A stretch of 64,000 nt of DNA, taken from assembly GCA_963724295.1 (NCBI GenBank), contig CAVRUC010000001.1, positions 64,001-128,000 on the forward strand, read 5' to 3'. Shown piece by piece: positions 58,053-64,000 of this stretch. A program made the translations under genes and the position numbers. This DNA is from an uncultured Chloroflexia bacterium (GTDB lineage: Bacteria > Chloroflexota > Chloroflexia > Thermomicrobiales > UBA6265). Under the pieces are notes generated by a model, which was given only the letters and a program-made list of their open reading frames with translations, had not been told where the DNA came from and searched no databases. Every line of letters starts with the position of its first letter. Position 1 is the first letter of the stretch.

Positions 58053-60377
58053 TCAGCCTGGTCGATTTCCGGCAAGACTGTCAGAGAGAGCGAGATCGAG
58101 GCCGGGCAAGCCGGTTGCCAGTAGCGGCACCTGCTGGGGACCGCTGACTCGCGCTCCCAGGGGCCCCCAATCTGACAAGCGCTTGTAGCGGCCGCTCAAC
58201 CAGGAATGAACGTCGAACGGACTTTCGCCCGGCGCTGGTTCGATGCGGCGGTATGTGCCGTCGGACTCGAGCTCCCAGGCGTTGGTCGTGTCTCGCCAAT
58301 AGGCGGGAATGATCTGGTCCCTGATCTCCGCGGCCCAACCTCGATCTTCGACCGGGAAGACCACCTCTACGCGCCGGTCGAGGTTCCGTTCCATCAGGTC
58401 GGCGCTCCCAAGATAGACCTCATCCTCTCCACCGTTGCCAAAATAGTAGATACGGCTGTGCTCCAGGAAGCGACCGACCACGCTGATCACGCGGATGTTC
58501 TCGCTCCAACCGGCAATGCCCGGTCGCAGACAGCACGCCCCACGCACGATCAGCTCGATCTTCACCCCCGCGCGTGACGCGCGGTAGAGGGCCCGCACCA
58601 ACAGCCGGTCGACCAGGGCGTTGAGCTTGAAGACCAGCCGCCCGTTCCCGTGACGGCGGTGCGCCGCGATCTCGCGGTCGATCGCCGTCAGCAGCTGCTG
58701 TCGTAGTCCGCCGGGGGCAACCCAGATTCGGCGGTAGGCATCCTGCTGCGCGAACCCGGTCAGCGCATTGAAGAGGTCCGAAACGTCGGCGCCGATGTCC
58801 TCGCGGGCGGTCAGATAGCCCAGATCTTCATAAATTCGCGCCGTCGACGCGTTGTAATTGCCTGTGGCCAGATGGACATAGCGGCGTAGTCCGCTTGGTT
58901 CCCGCCGCACGACCAGCGTGGCTTTGCAGTGGGTTTTCAGCCCGGCCAGTCCGTAGGCAACATGAACGCCGTGGCGCTCCAGCTCCTCGGCCCAGCCGAT
59001 GTTGTTTTCCTCATCGAAGCGAGCTTTCAACTCAACGAGGACCGCGACTTGGGTGTCGTCGTCACGCGCTTCTACGAGTAAAGGAATCAAGGGTGAGTCC
59101 CTGCCGATGCGGTACAGCGTCTGCTTGATGGCAACAACGTTGGGATCAGTGGCCGCCGCGCGCAGGAAGTCGACGACCGCTCCAAACGACTGGTACGGGT
59201 GATGGATCAGGATGTCCCGCTCACGAATCGAGGCAAACACGTCTTCGGGCTCCTGACCCGGAACCGCGGAGAGCCTGGGAATTGGGGCCGGAGTCAGCAC
59301 ATGGTCCTTGAGTTCGGGACGGTCGATCGCAATCAGCTCCCAGAGGTCTCCGGTGCCCAGTGGCCCGTCGACGACAAAGAGATCGTCGTCTGTTGCACCA
59401 AGATGCTCGACCAGCCAGTGACGTACGTCGTCCGGCATCGTGCGGTCGATCATCAACCGCACGACGGGGCCAAATGCCCGCTGCGCGATCGACTCGCGCA
59501 TGACGGTCATCAGGTTGACCTCGTCATCGTCGCCATCGTCCTCGTCGAGGTCGATGTCGGAGTCTCGGGTGACGTGAAACGGATACGATGCGACGACCTC
59601 AGCCCCGGTAAACAGCCGGCCCAGGTTGGCGGCCACCACCTGCTCCAGCCAGGTGAAGACCTGGGGCCGGTCGCGATCGGCGCCGGTGCCATTTGTTACG
59701 GGGATGAACCGTGGCAATGTCGCCGGGATCTTGACGCGGGCGAATCGGGATCCATCTGGCAGACTGAGTGCGGCGATCAGGTTGAGGCTGCGGTTGGAGA
59801 CGTGAGGGAATCTTCGCCCTCGGTCGATAGCCTGCGGTGTGAGAATGGGGAAAATCTCGCGCTCGAATCGCCGGGTGACCGTTTCTTGTTGCTGATCGCT
59901 CAGCGCGGCGTAGGGAACGATTTCAATGCCTTCGGCGGCAAGACCTGGGAGAAGCAGGCCGGTAATGACCGCCGCGTGCCGGTCAAGCGCCGTCTGCGCC
60001 TCCGCCCGGACAGCTCTCATCTGTTCGGCCGGAGTACGTCCATCGGGACCCAGAGTGCCGATGCCGGTGTCGAGCTTCCGCTTGATGCCGGCGACTCGGA
60101 TCATGAAGAACTCATCGAGATTGGTGGCGAAGATTGCCGCGAACTTGACCCGTTCCAGAAGCGGGGTCGTGCACTCTTCAGCTTCGAAGAGAACGCGACT
60201 GTTGAATTCCAGCCAGCTCAGCTCGCGGTTGATGAACATCTCGGGCTCGAGAGGCGGCAATGCCGCGCCATCACGTTCAGTGACAGTGCCGTCTGCTTTG
60301 GTTCCGGGTTCGTCCCGGCGTCCGTTCGCCGTTACGGTACGGCGCCTGCGGGATCGTTTTTCATCCACCTTCGCCAT
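58053..60377 (-). CDS. ppk1: Polyphosphate kinase 1
   Basis: NRELSWLEFN, NLDEFFMIRV, HHPY, IKQTLYR, ELKARFDE, KTH, TGNYN, GRFLEHSR, SADLMERNLDRR. Confidence 0.97.
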   Translation of the reverse strand: MAKVDEKRSRRRRTVTANGRRDEPGTKADGTVTERDGAALPPLEPEMFINRELSWLEFNSRVLFEAEECTTPLLERVKFAAIFATNLDEFFMIRVAGIKRKLDTGIGTLGPDGRTPAEQMRAVRAEAQTALDRHAAVITGLLLPGLAAEGIEIVPYAALSDQQQETVTRRFEREIFPILTPQAIDRGRRFPHVSNRSLNLIAALSLPDGSRFARVKIPATLPRFIPVTNGTGADRDRPQVFTWLEQVVAANLGRLFTGAEVVASYPFHVTRDSDIDLDEDDGDDDEVNLMTVMRESIAQRAFGPVVRLMIDRTMPDDVRHWLVEHLGATDDDLFVVDGPLGTGDLWELIAIDRPELKDHVLTPAPIPRLSAVPGQEPEDVFASIRERDILIHHPYQSFGAVVDFLRAAATDPNVVAIKQTLYRIGRDSPLIPLLVEARDDDTQVAVLVELKARFDEENNIGWAEELERHGVHVAYGLAGLKTHCKATLVVRREPSGLRRYVHLATGNYNASTARIYEDLGYLTAREDIGADVSDLFNALTGFAQQDAYRRIWVAPGGLRQQLLTAIDREIAAHRRHGNGRLVFKLNALVDRLLVRALYRASRAGVKIELIVRGACCLRPGIAGWSENIRVISVVGRFLEHSRIYYFGNGGEDEVYLGSADLMERNLDRRVEVVFPVEDRGWAAEIRDQIIPAYWRDTTNAWELESDGTYRRIEPAPGESPFDVHSWLSGRYKRLSDWGPLGARVSGPQQVPLLATGLPGLDLALSDSLAGNRPG

Positions 60378-60589
60378 GGTGACTCCTCGATCCGTCACGC
60401 CCCGGGAGCGCATGACTGGCTGACGAGTTTGTCTTCCCTCGCGACGACCTCCAGATGAACTGAACGGCGCATTCCGCGCCAGTCAGTGTCATCGCAGGCG
60501 AGACTCGCTCAGCTACACTGTCCCGCCCAGTGTACCCGGTGGGTATTGCCAGTCTTCATCGATCAGTGCTGGCCAAGGACAACCGCGCC

Positions 60590-61021
60590 ATGAACGATAG
60601 ACAACTGTCCACCTCGTCTGACCAATTCGTTGAGGTCAAGCCGCCGAACCTGATTCTGCGGGTAATATGGTTCATCCTCGTCGGCTGGTGGCTGACGGGC
60701 ATTCTCTCAGTCGCCGCCTGGGCACTCAATGCTACGGTCATCGGCCTGCCGCTCGGACTCTGGGTCATCAACAGGCTGCCGCTCGCCGCGACGCTGCGCC
60801 CAGCTAGCTCTCAGTACCGGCTCGAGGATGGCGTCCTCCGCTCAGGTGTCGAACAGCATCCGTTCGTCCTGCGGGCTATCTATTTTGTGCTCATCGGCTG
60901 GTGGCTGTCAGGGCTCTGGATGGTCGTGGCCTACGCGTTCTTGCTGACCATCATCGGCATGCCTGTCGCGTTCTGGATGTACGGCAGAATTGGCACGGTC
61001 ACGACGCTCTACCGCACGTAA
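60590..61021 (+). CDS. YccF-domain membrane protein (duplicated repeat)
   Basis: Two copies of LR.I(W/Y)F.L.GWWL...T.IG.P. Confidence 0.85.
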   Translation: MNDRQLSTSSDQFVEVKPPNLILRVIWFILVGWWLTGILSVAAWALNATVIGLPLGLWVINRLPLAATLRPASSQYRLEDGVLRSGVEQHPFVLRAIYFVLIGWWLSGLWMVVAYAFLLTIIGMPVAFWMYGRIGTVTTLYRT

Positions 61022-61039
61022 TGACGAACGGCCGAGACG

Positions 61040-61068
61040 TAGACCGGCGGAACCAGCCCGCCGGTCTA
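61040..61068. terminator. Hairpin between convergent genes
   Basis: TAGACCGGCGG-AACCAGC-CCGCCGGTCTA. Confidence 0.7.
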
Positions 61069-61088
61069 TGCTCTCGCCGGTTTGCGCT

Positions 61089-63302
61089 CTATGAGGAATT
61101 GCCCGTCGACTGGGATTCGGCCGCGACCCCAGCAGCTGCCAGCGATGCATCCGCGGCTGAATCGTCATCTTCGACCGCAGATTCGGCGTCGGACCGTCCG
61201 TTCTCGCGAACCGTGGCCTCGATCGTGACCATCTGGTGCGGAACGATCCCCGCCTCGGGATCGAGCAATTGGCCGGGGCCAAAGATGGCAATCACGTCCT
61301 TACCATCGAGCGTCTCGTGTTCGAGCAGAGCAGCGACGAGCGCATCCAGCTTGTCCCGGTGGCCGTTGGTCACCTGCACCGCTCGATCAAGTGCCTCCTC
61401 GACCATCTCTCGCACGGCGTTGTCGAGCCGGTTGGCCGTGGCATCAGAATAGGCCTTGTCCTGCATGATCTCGCGACCGAGAAAGACATGCTCTTCGCCG
61501 GTTCCGAGATAGACCGGGCCGAGCTCATTACTCATGCCCCAGAGCCCGACCATCCGCCGCGCCAGGCCCGATGCTTCCTTGAGGTCATTTTCAGCTCCGG
61601 TTGTCACTTCGTCGTAGACAACCATCTCCGCCGCGCGCCCACCCAAGAGCATGGCAAGCCGCCCATGCAGGAATGTCCGGCTGTAATTGTGCCGATCCTC
61701 CTCTGGCATCTGCACTGTCACGCCGAGGGCGCGACCGCGGGGAACGATGCTCACCTTTCGCAGGGGATCCGAACCGGGAGTGAAATGCGCCACCAGCGCG
61801 TGTCCCGCTTCGTGGTAGGCGACCACCTCGCGCTCTTTGGGATTCATCAGACCCGAGCGGGTGGTCCCCAGGAGGATCTTGTCCAATGCCTCTTCAAAAT
61901 CGGAGGCGGTGATCTCCTTGCGATTCCGGCGCGCGGCGGTCAATGCCGATTCGTTGACGAGATTCGCGAGATCGGCTCCTGAGAATCCCGTTGTACCCCG
62001 CGCGAGTGAGCTCTTGTCGACGTCCGAGGCGAGCGGCAGCCCGCGCGTGTGGATGTTGAGCACCGCCTCCCGCCCCGCTTTGTCGGGGAGCCCAATGACG
62101 ACCTGGCGATCGAACCTGCCCGGTCGCAGCAAGGCGGGGTCGAGCACGTCCGGCCGGTTGGTGGCGGCCATGACGATTACTTCCTGATTCGTCTCGAACC
62201 CGTCCATCTCCACGAGCATCTGATTGAGCGTTTGCTCGCGTTCGTCGTTCGACCCTCCCAGACCGGCGAACCGCTGGCGTCCGACGGCATCGAGCTCGTC
62301 GACAAAGACGATGGCCGGGGCGTTCTGCTTGGCCTTGTCGAAGAGATCGCGCACGCGGCTGGCACCGACGCCGACGAACATTTCGACGAACTCCGAGGCT
62401 GAGACGCTGAAGAAGGGGACACCCGCTTCACCGGCAACCGCGCGCGCCATCAAGGTTTTTCCGGTGCCGGGAGGGCCGACCAGGAGCACACCGCGCGGCA
62501 GCCGTGCCCCGAGCTGGTGGTATTTGGCCGGGTTGCGCAGGAAGTCGACGACCTCCGTCAACTCCTGTTTGGCCTCTTCTTCGCCGGCGACGTCGGCGAA
62601 CGTCACCTGAGGCCGCTCGGGATCGTGCTGCTTGGCCCGCGACCGGCCAAACCCAAAGACGTTCTGCTGGCCGCGTGACATCTGGCGACCCATGAACACG
62701 ATCAGGCCCACGATGAGCAGGAACGGAAGGAGCGTGATGAGCAGGGTCGAAAGCAGCGATGAGCTATCGGATTGGCCCTTGACGACGACGCCGTTCTCTT
62801 CCAGGAGAGGAAGCAGCCCGGTGTTTTCGACCGGCGGCAGGGTGGCACGCAGGTTATCGCCTTCGACAACCCCCTGCGTCGCGGCATCCGGCACGGGCGT
62901 CACCAACTGCTCCGTGGCCCGGTTCCAGGCCACCGGTTCCTTCAGCTCCGCCGTGATTTCCACGTCGGTCAGGATGACTTCGCCGACGTTTCCAGCCCGC
63001 ACCTGCTGATCGACGACTGAATACGGAACGGTGATGCTCTGGGTGTCCCGTTGCGGATCGAAGATCGCGTAGAGCTGGTACGCCACCAGACCGAGGAAGA
63101 GCACCGCGATCGCCCACGGCGGAATGCGGGGGCGCCCCTTGTTGCCCGTGCCGGGTCCACCCTGACCGATGCGGCCGCGACCCGGAAGCGAGGGGCGCTT
63201 GACCGACGGCTTCGAAGTGGTGTCGTTGTCCTTGGCTTTCTCTTTGTCGCTATCCGGGATCAAATTCAAGCGTGTTACTTGGGATCCGCGTACGTCATTC
63301 AC
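61089..63302 (-). CDS. ftsH: ATP-dependent zinc metalloprotease FtsH, second paralog
   Basis: Two [29 protein letters not shown]. Confidence 0.96.
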   Translation of the reverse strand: MNDVRGSQVTRLNLIPDSDKEKAKDNDTTSKPSVKRPSLPGRGRIGQGGPGTGNKGRPRIPPWAIAVLFLGLVAYQLYAIFDPQRDTQSITVPYSVVDQQVRAGNVGEVILTDVEITAELKEPVAWNRATEQLVTPVPDAATQGVVEGDNLRATLPPVENTGLLPLLEENGVVVKGQSDSSSLLSTLLITLLPFLLIVGLIVFMGRQMSRGQQNVFGFGRSRAKQHDPERPQVTFADVAGEEEAKQELTEVVDFLRNPAKYHQLGARLPRGVLLVGPPGTGKTLMARAVAGEAGVPFFSVSASEFVEMFVGVGASRVRDLFDKAKQNAPAIVFVDELDAVGRQRFAGLGGSNDEREQTLNQMLVEMDGFETNQEVIVMAATNRPDVLDPALLRPGRFDRQVVIGLPDKAGREAVLNIHTRGLPLASDVDKSSLARGTTGFSGADLANLVNESALTAARRNRKEITASDFEEALDKILLGTTRSGLMNPKEREVVAYHEAGHALVAHFTPGSDPLRKVSIVPRGRALGVTVQMPEEDRHNYSRTFLHGRLAMLLGGRAAEMVVYDEVTTGAENDLKEASGLARRMVGLWGMSNELGPVYLGTGEEHVFLGREIMQDKAYSDATANRLDNAVREMVEEALDRAVQVTNGHRDKLDALVAALLEHETLDGKDVIAIFGPGQLLDPEAGIVPHQMVTIEATVRENGRSDAESAVEDDDSAADASLAAAGVAAESQSTGNSS

Positions 63303-63386
63303 AGGCTTTCCATTTCTCGTCGCCAGATCGCGATTTGTGAGGCTGGTTGATACGAGCGCGTTACAGGGGATACTACCCGATCTTCA

Positions 63387-63764
63387 TTAATCGGAGCTTG
63401 ATTGATCGTGGCCCGCACCGACCAGGCGCCAGCGCCCGGGTACCGCATACGGGTCGTCTTCGCCATGTGCAAAACCGATCCACTCGACCAGGTTCGACCG
63501 GCGCAGTACTCCAGGAATGACCTGCCCGTGGACCACCATCTTTGCGGCACGGTCCCCTTCCCCCCAGCGACGCAACGCTTCCAGATAGGCGGCGTTTGCC
63601 TCCGGGTCTGACTGCAGAAGCGCGATAAACTCGGTTGTCGTGAATTCGTCACCCTCGATCCGGCCCAGAATGCCGTCGATTGTCGGTGCGAGGAAGGCCG
63701 TGATGGCGTCGACGCGATCCGGCCGATCAAGCGCCGGTTCTCTTGGCGGGCTCCCATCGGTCAT
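63387..63764 (-). CDS. Hypothetical protein
   Basis: 125-aa ORF with globular-looking sequence, upstream of and co-oriented with the second ftsH. Confidence 0.65.
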   Translation of the reverse strand: MTDGSPPREPALDRPDRVDAITAFLAPTIDGILGRIEGDEFTTTEFIALLQSDPEANAAYLEALRRWGEGDRAAKMVVHGQVIPGVLRRSNLVEWIGFAHGEDDPYAVPGRWRLVGAGHDQSSSD

Positions 63765-64000
63765 CTATCAACCGCCGTGGCCTGCAACTCCTGGTTCGAC
63801 GAGCGAAAGACGTCGTGCGCGATGGGAAGGTCGCGAGTCAGGATAGACTTGGCGGAGTCGAGACAGTGCATCGCACGTCCTGTATGTCCATTCATGGAGA
63901 TTGCCCGTTGGCTACGCGTTTCGTAGCTCCCGTCCGTTCCCTGTGTCGCAGCGGGCCGCGCCCACTCTGCGCACTGGCGTTGGTCATTCTCCTCAGTGTC

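Overview
GC-rich bacterial chromosome segment. The gene content and protein style suggest Chloroflexota, probably Thermomicrobiales (inference, not tested). Core genes include a partial mshA-like glycosyltransferase, hpf/raiA, selA, dnaG, a dGTPase, pcrA, tilS-hpt-ftsH, fabF, lpdA, nadE, ppk1, a second ftsH and five tRNAs (Arg-CCT, Pro-CGG, CAT, Ala-CGC, Gly-CCC). The most notable region is about 13.2-20.8 kb. It is a compact sigma-54 module: rpoN with a Cys-rich insert, an NtrC-like activator with a degenerate HTH, a single-domain receiver, and small stress-type genes (DUF892 ferritin-like, CxxCGC mini-protein, hydrophilin-like, membrane protein). Six GG-N10-GC promoters lie in this module. 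Two are near-perfect, face each other upstream of rpoN, and one of them points into a ~300-nt structured region with no convincing ORF. Other signals: a 28-bp dif-like site at 29295, a candidate anti-SD sRNA at 21.3 kb, a three-way RBS switch upstream of a CAP/SH3 gene, 7-8-mer palindromic repeats seeded at stop codons (one inserted in-frame in a VWA gene), a nuclease-like/HPRT-like fusion, and coxG-S-M without coxL. Several single-base frameshifts are probably sequence errors. No CRISPR array, rRNA, transposase or integrase was seen.
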